From Candidatus Poribacteria bacterium (GTDB lineage: Bacteria > Poribacteria > WGA-4E > WGA-3G), in NCBI GenBank assembly GCA_964291315.2, contig OZ219753.1:864001-928000 (forward strand): 64,000 nucleotides of DNA. The letters run 5' to 3'. Positions 49,828-59,204 of the stretch are shown here, piece after piece. The position numbers and the translations under genes were made by a program. Under the pieces are notes generated by a model. The model had not been told where the DNA came from, ran no database searches, and saw nothing but the letters and a program-made list of their open reading frames with translations. Numbering within the stretch: position 1 is the stretch's first letter; each line of letters starts with the position of its first letter.

Positions 49828-51064
49828 TGGTATTATTATTGCGGGTGCTAGTTATCAGGGCGTTCATGATACCGCCTTTCAGTTATCGGTTAAACGTTCC
49901 GCAGTTGTAAATGTTCATAATATTTACGATGTCCTCTGTACTGAAAACCGACATCTGAAAGCTTGGGCAGCAGGTGCTCTGATAGCTGTTCTTCTGACAA
50001 TTTTGGGTGGGATCTCTAAGGGTATTGCTGCGGATGAAGCAGAGGCACCAACCGAGATTTCAGTTCTCGCTGTGGGTGATATTACCGTCAGTAGTCGTAT
50101 GACCTCGTTAATTAGGGAGGGAGCAGGAGTATTTTTTCAAGGCACTGCTGCCTTGATTCAGTCCGCGGACGTCGCTACTGCTTCCCTAAACGCCAGCATC
50201 TCGGAAAGAGGGGAGCCACGGTACGGTGTCAAAAACCCGTTTCGATCGGCCCCGGGGCTTGGGCGTGCTATCGCTAACGCCGGTTTTGACGCTGTGTGTT
50301 TAGCTTCTCCGCATGTGATGGACTTCGGTTTTGAAGCGTTGGAAGATACAATTGCAGAATTGGAATGGTACAACGTGAAACCGATTGGGGCCGGTAAGGA
50401 TACTGAAACGGCAAGACTTCCCGCGTGGGTCACGGTTAATACTGGGACCCAGTCTGCACAAGTCTGCCTGCTTGGCTATTATCGGTTAAATGAGTTCAGT
50501 CGTTACACTGAGGACCCGCTGGCTTATGCGGTTTATAGCGAAATGATACAAGCGGTTGAGCAGGCAAGGGCGGAGGCAGCGCTCGTGATTGTCTGGTTAC
50601 ACTGGGGCAGACAAGATCGGGCTGTCGATGACAGCATCGGACGACAACGGATTTTTGCGCAGGCGCTCATTGATGCTGGGGCAGATATGATTTTGTGTCA
50701 GCAGCTACATACCTTTAACGGTATTGAGTTGTATCAGAGAAAACCGATTGTCTATAGTCTTGCGGATTTCATCTATGATACCTACGATAAGCAGCACTCA
50801 CACATAGTTATTCCGAAGGCAAGGTTTGAATCGGGCGAGCTCAAATCGATTGAATTAATTCCAATTTTGGCGGATCCATCGAGGGTCCCTGTACGGCCTG
50901 TGGAATCTATGCAAAAACCGACTGATTCCGAAATTGGAGCGGATCAGTTCCCGAGCATTCTTACGGGAGATCAAGCAATAAAGACTTTACAGAATTATCA
51001 ACGGCACTGCGCGAAATTCGAGACGGAGGTAATCATTGAAGGCGAGCGCGGATGGATTCGGTGA
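49799..51064 (+). CDS. CapA/PgsA family metallophosphatase-fold protein, degenerate active site
   Basis: AVGDI, AGFDAV.LA..H.MDFG, LHWG, LIDAGAD, PIVYSL; start codon uncertain. Confidence 0.8.
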   Translation: MGSQRMTKASGIIIAGASYQGVHDTAFQLSVKRSAVVNVHNIYDVLCTENRHLKAWAAGALIAVLLTILGGISKGIAADEAEAPTEISVLAVGDITVSSRMTSLIREGAGVFFQGTAALIQSADVATASLNASISERGEPRYGVKNPFRSAPGLGRAIANAGFDAVCLASPHVMDFGFEALEDTIAELEWYNVKPIGAGKDTETARLPAWVTVNTGTQSAQVCLLGYYRLNEFSRYTEDPLAYAVYSEMIQAVEQARAEAALVIVWLHWGRQDRAVDDSIGRQRIFAQALIDAGADMILCQQLHTFNGIELYQRKPIVYSLADFIYDTYDKQHSHIVIPKARFESGELKSIELIPILADPSRVPVRPVESMQKPTDSEIGADQFPSILTGDQAIKTLQNYQRHCAKFETEVIIEGERGWIR

Positions 51065-51089
51065 GTGCAGGGATAGATAAGGGAGTAAT

Positions 51090-53063
51090 ATGACAAGCAA
51101 CATGGGGAAGGTAGATGGAACCTCCCAGGTGCGCTTCGATTTCAGAGGCGAACGCGGTTTAACACTCAAGGCATTTACCGTCGCGATGCTTCTGATCCCG
51201 CTCAATATTTTTTGGATTATAGAGCTAGAGGTAGTCCGTTATACACATCCGACATTAATCCATCCGCTCTCGAATGTGATTTTCATTATTTTTTGGTTGC
51301 TGGTTTTCAGCGCTGCATTAGGGAAAATCTCATCGAAACTGCGGTTGACCTCGCCTGAATTGCTAACGGTCTATGTCATGTTGTGCATTGTTTCGTCGCT
51401 TTGTTCGCACGATATGATGGAAATCTTGGTTACTATCCTTGGGCATCCGTTTCGATTTGCAACGTCTGAGAATGAGTGGCAGCAACTTTTTTGGAAAGAC
51501 CTTCCAACATGGTTAACTGTCCAGGATCCTGGTGTCTTGTCCGGATATTATGAGGGTCAATCAAGTCTTTACCGTAAGGCCCACCTTTCTGCTTGGGCAG
51601 CTCCTGTTGCATGGTGGACAGTTTTTATTGTTGTGTTAATGTTCGTCATGTTGTGTATCAATACGTTCCTTCGTATCCAGTGGACGGAGCGAGAGCGTTT
51701 AACGTATCCAATTATCCAGTTGCCGCTTGCGATGACGGAGGCGAATACTCGTTTTTTCAAAAATAAGTTGATGTGGTTAGGGTTCGGGGTTGCAGCGGCG
51801 ATTAGTCTCCTAAATTTGCTGAATTCCATTTATCCTGCGGTGCCGTATCTGCCTGTTAAGCGGCAAAACATTAGTCAGTTTTTTACGGGGCGTCCTTGGA
51901 ACGCGATGGGAGGTGTTCGGCTTTCGTTTTATCCTTTTGCGATCGGCATAAGTTTCTTGATTCCATTAGATCTACTTTTTTCTTGTTGGGCGTTCTATTG
52001 GATATACAAATTTGAGTTGATGGCGGGGAGCATTATCGGTGTGCGAAGCTTGCCGGGATTTCCTTATGCGGATTCGCAGAGTTTTGGTGCATATATAGTG
52101 CTTCTTGGAGCCGCTGGTTGGGTTGGTAGAACACATTTCAGGCGAATTTTCAACGGGATTGTAGATGGTTTCCGCGGCACATCGAAAATGGATATGCGGC
52201 GGGAACCGATGCCTTACCATATCGCTTTCTTGGGCATTGTAATCGGGTTTCTATTTTTGAGCGTCTTTTCCTACAAAGCTGGAATGTCGCTTTGGGTGAT
52301 CCCGATCTTTTTTGGTTTGTACTTCCTCCTTGCGACTATGGTCGCGCGTCTTCGCGCGGAATTGGGGTTTTTAGTTCATGATTTACATAGGGTTGACCCC
52401 CATGGGCTAATCGTGACGGCCTTTGGCACACAACGTTTGACGACGGGCACAAAAACCGTTTTCTCACTGTATATGTTCTTTAATCGGGCATATCGAGCGC
52501 ACCCGATGCCACAAGAACTTGAGGCCTTGAAAATTTCAGAACGCCGGGGGATACATCCGCAACATACTGCTGCTGCGATTCTGATCGCGACCGTTGTTGG
52601 GGCGATAGCTGTGTTTTGGCTACTTTTAGATAGTTACTACCGACATGGTGCTGAAACGGGTTATTATGGACCGTGGGCGCTCGGCTTCGGGAGAGGCGTT
52701 TATAGACAGCTTGAAAACTGGTTAAACTATCCGCAAGGGACAGATCTTCCTGCGCTTGCCTTTATCGGAGGCGGAGCAGGAGTCGCATTCGGCCTCACAC
52801 TTTTGCGCACCCGATTCCTCTGGTGGCCTTTGCACCCGCTCGGCTATGCGATGGCGAACAGCTGGGGGATGTACAACCTCTGGAGTTGTCTTTTTGCCGC
52901 CTGGGTAGCGAAAGCACTTGTGCTACATCAAGGCGGGCTTAAAGCCTATAGGCGCATAGTGCCGTTTTTCCTCGGTCTCGCTCTCGGAGACTACTTGTGT
53001 GGAAGCTTGTGGAGCATTGGTAGTATTTTTGCGAATACCACCCTATATCAGTTTTGGCCGTGA
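51090..53063 (+). CDS. DUF6785/DUF6784-like polytopic membrane protein
   Basis: ELLTVYVML, QWTERERLTYPI, RLRAELG, WWPLHPLGY, PFFLGL; paralog of 2..1270. Confidence 0.75.
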   Translation: MTSNMGKVDGTSQVRFDFRGERGLTLKAFTVAMLLIPLNIFWIIELEVVRYTHPTLIHPLSNVIFIIFWLLVFSAALGKISSKLRLTSPELLTVYVMLCIVSSLCSHDMMEILVTILGHPFRFATSENEWQQLFWKDLPTWLTVQDPGVLSGYYEGQSSLYRKAHLSAWAAPVAWWTVFIVVLMFVMLCINTFLRIQWTERERLTYPIIQLPLAMTEANTRFFKNKLMWLGFGVAAAISLLNLLNSIYPAVPYLPVKRQNISQFFTGRPWNAMGGVRLSFYPFAIGISFLIPLDLLFSCWAFYWIYKFELMAGSIIGVRSLPGFPYADSQSFGAYIVLLGAAGWVGRTHFRRIFNGIVDGFRGTSKMDMRREPMPYHIAFLGIVIGFLFLSVFSYKAGMSLWVIPIFFGLYFLLATMVARLRAELGFLVHDLHRVDPHGLIVTAFGTQRLTTGTKTVFSLYMFFNRAYRAHPMPQELEALKISERRGIHPQHTAAAILIATVVGAIAVFWLLLDSYYRHGAETGYYGPWALGFGRGVYRQLENWLNYPQGTDLPALAFIGGGAGVAFGLTLLRTRFLWWPLHPLGYAMANSWGMYNLWSCLFAAWVAKALVLHQGGLKAYRRIVPFFLGLALGDYLCGSLWSIGSIFANTTLYQFWP

Positions 53064-53259
53064 TCGTCATGTAGACTGGGTTAAAGATTAAGTGGTTCTA
53101 GTAATGTAGGAGTCCGGTGTCAACAGTCGGTTATGTGTCAGAAGAGGAAGGTTGATGTAACAATTCACTACGTCATGAGACCGAAGAAGGAGTAGATTGT
53201 TAAAAAACGTCTATTGGCCGGCAACTGATAATCGATAGATATTAAATAGGAGAAAAAAC

Positions 53260-55704
53260 ATGGTAACCAAACAAAGAGACAAGGAAAAGATAGAAGATAT
53301 CATTGATCAAGAGGAACTCGTCCAAGAATTACCGCTTCTTCCTCTGGATGACTTGGTTGTTTTTCCGTATATGCCGCCTGTACCGCCTTTCCCGCCGCAT
53401 CACGTTGCGCTTTCGGGGAAAATGGCAACTGCGGCTGTTGAAGAGGCTATGCAAGCCGAAAGAATGCTTTGCATCTTTCGTCCCAAAAAGGACGATATTA
53501 AGGATATTACCGCGGGCGATCTTAGCCCGATTGGAAGTCTAATTCATATTCTCCGCTACAAAACTGAAGGTAATGACGTGCTGTTTCTTGCACACGGGCG
53601 AGAACGCGTCCGGATTGAAGAAATTTTGCATATAGAGCCTTTCATTAAAGCGAGAGTTAATATTATTGGCAACGATGAGGAAGAGCCTGATACCAGTGAA
53701 GATCAGAATTTGGAGATTGAGGCGTTGGTGCGCAGCAACGATGAAGTATTCCAGCGGATTGTGCAGTTGTCGTCTCGTTACCAGGAAGAGTACGGAAGTA
53801 TCACGAAAACGATGTTTGATGAACCGTGTAGCTTCGCTGATTACATCGCCGCCGTACTGGACTTGAAACCACACGACAAACAGCGGATTTTAGAGATTGT
53901 GCCTGTGTATGAACGGTTGAGCGCGCTCGCTGTTATTCTGGCTAAAGAACTTAACTTGCATGAATTAGAGAGCAAAATACAAAACAATGCCCAAGCTGTC
54001 ATTAACAAGGGGCAACGCGAGTACTACCTTCGAGAACAACTTAAGGCGATTCAGAGCGAGCTCGGTGAAGCAGATGATCTCAGTCTTGAAATTGACGAAA
54101 TGCGGGAACAGTTGCACAAAGCTGAAATGCCTGACAAAGCGAAGCAAGCAGCTGAAAAGGAGCTAAAACGTCTATCCAAAATGCAGTCGTTCTCACCTGA
54201 ATCGACTGTTTCTCGAAATTACTTGGATTGGCTGCTTAACCTGCCGTGGAGTGTGAGTACCGAAGATATTTTAGATCTACCGGTTGCCCAGAAAATTCTG
54301 GATGCAGATCACTATGATCTCGAGAAAGTCAAAGAACGAATCTTGGAGTATCTCGCTGTATGTATGCTGAAAACGGAAATGAAGGGTCCCATTTTCTGCT
54401 TTGTTGGTCCTCCTGGTGTTGGCAAGACCTCACTCGGTAGATCAATCGCTCGTGCGATGAACAGAGAATTTGTCCGTATTTCATTGGGCGGCATGCACGA
54501 TGAAGCGGAGATCCGAGGGCATCGGCGCACCTATATAGGTTCCATGCCCGGCAGGATCATCAAAGGGCTCCGTCAAGCGGAATCTAACAACCCGGTCTTC
54601 ATGCTTGATGAAATTGACAAACTTGGTTCTGATTTCCGGGGGGACCCGGCTGCTGCCCTGCTTGAGGTTCTTGATCCGGAACAGAATCACTCATTCACTG
54701 ACAACTATCTTGATGTTCCGTTTGATCTATCAAAGGTGATGTTTGTCACAACGGCGAATCAACTTCACACTATTCCGCCGCCGTTACGTGACCGGATGGA
54801 AACAATAGAGCTCCCGGGTTACACGGCTAACGAAAAATTGGTTATCGCCAAGCAGTACCTTATTCCGCGCCAAGTGGACGCAAATGGGCTTAAAAAGAAT
54901 CTGATAAGCATCCGAGCTAAGGCGATTAGAAAAGTAGCGGGTGAGTATACCCGTGAAGCGGGCGTTCGAAATTTAGAGCGCGAACTCGGCACGCTCTGCC
55001 GGAAAGTTGCACGTCGTGTTGCGGAAGGGCACACTGAAAGAACGACCATTACAGATAAGGACATTCCGACGTATTTAGGTCCCCCGAAATTCGATTCTGA
55101 GATTGCGAGTCGTAGGGCGGATATCGGAGTTGCGACTGGTTTATCCGTTACTCCTGCGGGTGGCGAAATTCTTTTTGTTGAAGCTGCTGCTACTAAGAAG
55201 ACAGATAGAGATGCGCAGCTTCGCGTTACGGGCCAAATTGGTGAGGTCATGCAAGAATCTGCACAAACTGCGCTCACTTATGTCAAATCCCAGGCGGATG
55301 CTCTCAAATTTGACCCGGTTGTACTAGAGAGCGACCTCCATATCCATGTGCCTGCGGGGGCGATTCCAAAAGATGGGCCGTCAGCGGGCATTACGATCGC
55401 AACTGCTCTTGCTTCTATTGCCACCCGGAAGCGGATTAGTCCTAAAATTGCTATGACAGGTGAGCTGACGCTCAGGGGTCGGGTGCTTCCTATCGGTGGT
55501 GTCAAGGAAAAAATTCTTGCGGCAAAGCAGGCCGGCATCAAAAGAATTATTATGCCACAGGGCAACGAGAAACACTTTATTGAGGTGCCTGAAGACATCC
55601 AAACCGGTGTTGAGTTTCTCTTCGTAGAACATGTCACTGAAGTCTTCAAGGAGGTATTCCATTTAGAACCTGTCACTGAAGTTTTCAAGGAGATCTTCCA
55701 TTAA
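53260..55704 (+). CDS. lon: ATP-dependent protease La
   Basis: GPPGVGKTS, EIRGHRRTYIG, LDEIDK, PKDGPSAG, IGGVKEK. Confidence 0.97.
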   Translation: MVTKQRDKEKIEDIIDQEELVQELPLLPLDDLVVFPYMPPVPPFPPHHVALSGKMATAAVEEAMQAERMLCIFRPKKDDIKDITAGDLSPIGSLIHILRYKTEGNDVLFLAHGRERVRIEEILHIEPFIKARVNIIGNDEEEPDTSEDQNLEIEALVRSNDEVFQRIVQLSSRYQEEYGSITKTMFDEPCSFADYIAAVLDLKPHDKQRILEIVPVYERLSALAVILAKELNLHELESKIQNNAQAVINKGQREYYLREQLKAIQSELGEADDLSLEIDEMREQLHKAEMPDKAKQAAEKELKRLSKMQSFSPESTVSRNYLDWLLNLPWSVSTEDILDLPVAQKILDADHYDLEKVKERILEYLAVCMLKTEMKGPIFCFVGPPGVGKTSLGRSIARAMNREFVRISLGGMHDEAEIRGHRRTYIGSMPGRIIKGLRQAESNNPVFMLDEIDKLGSDFRGDPAAALLEVLDPEQNHSFTDNYLDVPFDLSKVMFVTTANQLHTIPPPLRDRMETIELPGYTANEKLVIAKQYLIPRQVDANGLKKNLISIRAKAIRKVAGEYTREAGVRNLERELGTLCRKVARRVAEGHTERTTITDKDIPTYLGPPKFDSEIASRRADIGVATGLSVTPAGGEILFVEAAATKKTDRDAQLRVTGQIGEVMQESAQTALTYVKSQADALKFDPVVLESDLHIHVPAGAIPKDGPSAGITIATALASIATRKRISPKIAMTGELTLRGRVLPIGGVKEKILAAKQAGIKRIIMPQGNEKHFIEVPEDIQTGVEFLFVEHVTEVFKEVFHLEPVTEVFKEIFH
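55625..55702 (+). repeat. 39-bp tandem duplication at the lon 3' end
   Basis: TAGAACATGTCACTGAAGTCTTCAAGGAGGTATTCCATT twice, 4 mismatches. Confidence 0.85.
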
Positions 55705-55748
55705 CGTCCTCACCCCGCTAAAGGGGTTAATCGGAGACTCTCAACTTT

Positions 55749-56294
55749 ATGGAGAAGCCCAAAGAGTTCCAAGTAGAGGTTCAGGACATGGTTATCCGTT
55801 TCAAAAAAGGTAGGCATCAATGGAAACACAAACCCGATACACTCACCTGTGTCCGGGACGACGGTAGTTTTACTTGGACACATCTCTACGGCGGGTTTGT
55901 GCATCACGACTTTGCTCACTATGTCATTGAAACAACGCTCGGTTTTGAAAACGCCTTTTTCGGGCTTGTCGCAAAAGGGTATAATATACCCGATTTCAAC
56001 GTTCCAAGATCGACGCGTCCTTTTAAAATTCCGAAAGAAGCGGTCAACGTTGAACCGATTGTGGCGCTATTACAAGCAGATGTGTTGGAGGGAGCCCTAG
56101 AAGCTGACGGTATATTTCAGAGCCACAGTGAGACACTTCCTGTGCACATCACGGACGAGCAGCTAGAGGCCATGCGGCAGAAGCTATACGACCTATTAGA
56201 GGAGTGGCACGATTTGCAGCCCGGAGAGTCAATGACCTTGCAATTTGTGGTAAATGGTGAAAATGGACAGACACCATCGTCCCCCGGTGGGTGA
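55749..56294 (+). CDS. hypothetical protein (HDxxH..E, possible metal-binding)
   Basis: 181-aa ORF with LTCVRDDGS.TW and HHDFAHYVIETTLG...FFGLVA. Confidence 0.65.
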   Translation: MEKPKEFQVEVQDMVIRFKKGRHQWKHKPDTLTCVRDDGSFTWTHLYGGFVHHDFAHYVIETTLGFENAFFGLVAKGYNIPDFNVPRSTRPFKIPKEAVNVEPIVALLQADVLEGALEADGIFQSHSETLPVHITDEQLEAMRQKLYDLLEEWHDLQPGESMTLQFVVNGENGQTPSSPGG

Positions 56295-56395
56295 GGTTTC
56301 CTAACCGTTCTGATTGACGATGTCCAAATAAGAGTAAAGAACGGTTATAAAATGTAACGCACAAGCTAAATTTCGTAAGTCTTATCTAATAGGGA

Positions 56396-56548
56396 GACTG
56401 GGCCGGGGCGAGTATCGCTTACGGTCTTAGCAATATGCATAAAAACCGATGTCGCGGATCTTAAAGCTAAGATTGAGAGAGCTCTTGAGCTGCTTAGATA
56501 AAAATAAGAAATTGATGCGGTATCTTCTAAGTGAGCCCCGGCGCAGTT
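56396..56548 (+). ncRNA. candidate ~150-nt rod-like RNA with central bubble (6S-like?)
   Basis: GACTGGGCCGGGGC/GCCCCGGCGCAGTT closing stem, TTAG..ATATGCAT/ATGCGGTAT..CTAA, A-rich bubble, apical stem. Confidence 0.3.
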
Positions 56549-56608
56549 GGCATGCGGATCTCATTCAGTGAGCGATCAGCAATTGTGCGAACACCCACAT
56601 TCTACGAC

Positions 56609-56941
56609 TTATGTAGATGAAACAGAAGCTGCCATTTGGACCTGCTGCGACTTTGCCATTGCATCTTCTGCCTCTTGAATCATGCCTTTGCGTTGGTAAC
56701 AAACGGATAAACTGGTATAGACGAGCGGGTCCTTGGGATCGATCTCTATTGCTTTCTGAACAGCTTCAATGGCTTCATCGTATAAACCTAGCCGCTCATA
56801 AGCGTGCCCCAGCCCAAGGTACCCTTCGATGTACTTCGGATAAGCCTCAATTAATTCTTTGAACGCTTGGATAGCTGCCTCAAGATCGTTTTTTGCAAAA
56901 TGAGTAAGTGCGGCATCGTAGAGTTCTGCTTCGGTTGGCAT
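56609..56941 (-). CDS. tetratricopeptide repeat protein
   Basis: Three TPR-like units (YLGLGHAYERLGLYDEAIEAVQKAIEIDP). Confidence 0.85.
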   Translation of the reverse strand: MPTEAELYDAALTHFAKNDLEAAIQAFKELIEAYPKYIEGYLGLGHAYERLGLYDEAIEAVQKAIEIDPKDPLVYTSLSVCYQRKGMIQEAEDAMAKSQQVQMAASVSST

Positions 56942-57121
56942 CTTTTGTGTCCTTGGCGATACAGATTTAGCAAAATTCTATCAGAAAATACGGTAGATGT
57001 CAAACACATTTTTTGTAGAGCGGCCCGCATTCCATGCTGGAGGCAATCTGTCCGTTCAGCATGCCTTCTATAACTGCTACTACATCCGCGCCACAGAGGA
57101 ACAGGGTTTATAGCCGAACTT

Positions 57122-57880
57122 TTGATAATTACATCTGTTAAGGAGCTTCTAGACTTGCGCAATTACGTTGGCATTATTGAGCGTTTGAAACACTCAAACC
57201 GACCTATGGAAGTGATCGGCAGCGTCCACGGCTACCCGATACATCAAATTCACTTGACAGCGTCTGCCTCGTGCCCGCGCCTTGTTCTTATCACAGGCGG
57301 TGTGCATGGTGATGAACCTGCAGGTGTTGAAGCGGTCTTACAATTCCTTGAGCGTGATAACACTCAACTCCTGAAAAACTTTTCGTTTTTAGTAATTCCT
57401 TGTATTAACCCGTACGGTTATGTTCGTAACACGCGAGAGACATTTGATGGTATAGACATCAACCGTGCTTTTGAGGCCGATGATGTCGCTGAGGTTACTG
57501 TCGTCAAAAAAGCGCTGACACAAATCCAATTCCGGCTCACGATAGATTTCCACGAAGATTACGAGGCGGCGGGTTTCTATCTCTATGAGGGCAATCGGAA
57601 CGAGAAGTATATCGGATCTGATCTTGCGGCTGCTGCGAAAGCAATTGGGCCGATAGATCTAGAGGATCCTGGTGAAGAGGCACCAAACCTTTCAGAAGGG
57701 GTCTACAAAGTGGCTGCTTCATGGGGCACGCAAGGTCTAGCCCCGTATCTATTGCATTTTCACAGCGAACATGTTATTATTTCCGAGACACCGACGGCGT
57801 GGCAAGTTCAGCAACGTGCAGCGCTCCATCTAACCGTATTGGATACCGCTTTAGATATCATATTAGGAAAGGATCTATAA
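57122..57880 (+). CDS. M14 family metallocarboxypeptidase
   Basis: GGVHGDEPAG, NPYG, DINR, DFHE, ETP; start codon uncertain. Confidence 0.85.
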   Translation: MIITSVKELLDLRNYVGIIERLKHSNRPMEVIGSVHGYPIHQIHLTASASCPRLVLITGGVHGDEPAGVEAVLQFLERDNTQLLKNFSFLVIPCINPYGYVRNTRETFDGIDINRAFEADDVAEVTVVKKALTQIQFRLTIDFHEDYEAAGFYLYEGNRNEKYIGSDLAAAAKAIGPIDLEDPGEEAPNLSEGVYKVAASWGTQGLAPYLLHFHSEHVIISETPTAWQVQQRAALHLTVLDTALDIILGKDL

Positions 57881-59140
57881 ATGGAAGATCAACAGATACT
57901 CTCGAATGTTAACACTTCTTCCGTGCCATCAGCCCTAAAAATCACTGACATGCGTGTGGTTCGGACTGAAACGGGCGGTCCGATCTTGAGGTTGGACACG
58001 AACCAAGGCATTTACGGCCTCGGTGAAATACGTGACGGTGCGAGCTCGACATACGCGCTTATGCTTAAGAGCCGCATTTTGGGTGAAAATCCGTGTAACG
58101 TAGATAAAATCTTCCGGCAGATCAAACAGTTTGGTCACCATGCCCGACAAGGCGGAGGCATTTGTGCTATCGAAATGGCTCTCATGGATTTGGCAGGCAA
58201 AGCTTATGGGGTTCCGTGTTATCAACTCGCTGGTGGCAAATTCCGGGACAGAATCCGATGCTATAGCGATACGCCTTCGCTCAGAGATCCCGAGGAAATG
58301 GGCAAGGTGCTCCAAGCCCGTATGGAGAGCGGATTCACCTTTCTGAAGATGGATCTCGGCATCCAGATGCTTCGCGAAACGCCTGGGACGCTTTCTGCGC
58401 CAGCGGCACATCTGGAAACCTCTAACCTGATGCATCCGTTTACCGGTATCCGTCTCACTGAAAAAGGCATTGCTATACTGTGTGAGTATGTAGAAACTGT
58501 TCGGGAAATGATTGGTTATGAGGTTCCACTTTCGGTCGATCACTTTGGGCATATCGGCATCGAGGATTGTATTCGTTTGGCGCGGGCATTGGAGAAATAT
58601 AACCTCGCGTGGCTAGAAGATATGGTGCCCTGGCAGTATACGGATCAGTACGTTCGTCTCTCAAATTCGTGTGCAACACCGATCTGTACTGGCGAGGACA
58701 TCTACTGCAAAGAGGGCTTCATGCCGTTGTTCAGGAGTCGAGGGATTGCCATAGCGCATCCAGATATTGCGACATCTGGCGGAATCTTAGAGACAAAGAA
58801 GATTGGTGATCTTGCAGAGGAGTACGGCATTGCAATGGCACTCCACATGGCAGGCACCCCTGTCGCTGCAATGGCAAGCGTCCATTGTGCTGCATCGACA
58901 TCGAACTTCCTGGTGTTAGAAAACCACTCTGTTGACAACCCTTGGTGGGATGAAATGGTGACCGGCTTGCCGAACCCAATCATCCAAGATGGCTATATCA
59001 CTGTCCCCGAAACTCCCGGGCTAGGCATTGACCTAAATGAAGAGGTCATCCGAGAACATCTGCATCGCGATGAGAAGGCGTACTTTGCACCGACAACAGA
59101 ATGGGATTCTGAACGGTCGCACGATAGATTATGGAGTTAG
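57881..59140 (+). CDS. mandelate racemase/muconate lactonizing enzyme family protein
   Basis: EMALMDLAGKAYGVP, FLKMD, VDH, WLED, TGED, PGLG. Confidence 0.9.
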   Translation: MEDQQILSNVNTSSVPSALKITDMRVVRTETGGPILRLDTNQGIYGLGEIRDGASSTYALMLKSRILGENPCNVDKIFRQIKQFGHHARQGGGICAIEMALMDLAGKAYGVPCYQLAGGKFRDRIRCYSDTPSLRDPEEMGKVLQARMESGFTFLKMDLGIQMLRETPGTLSAPAAHLETSNLMHPFTGIRLTEKGIAILCEYVETVREMIGYEVPLSVDHFGHIGIEDCIRLARALEKYNLAWLEDMVPWQYTDQYVRLSNSCATPICTGEDIYCKEGFMPLFRSRGIAIAHPDIATSGGILETKKIGDLAEEYGIAMALHMAGTPVAAMASVHCAASTSNFLVLENHSVDNPWWDEMVTGLPNPIIQDGYITVPETPGLGIDLNEEVIREHLHRDEKAYFAPTTEWDSERSHDRLWS

Positions 59141-59204
59141 AGCCGCTTTCCGCATCTATCTTATCACAGGTCTGATCTTCTAAGCAGGCTCAGCATGTTC
59201 CTGG

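Noticed and set aside
56396-56548. tmRNA (GGGGC start and short internal reading frame)
   Set aside because: No tRNA-like 3' end (TTCGA...CCA), no ALAA-type tag, and too short
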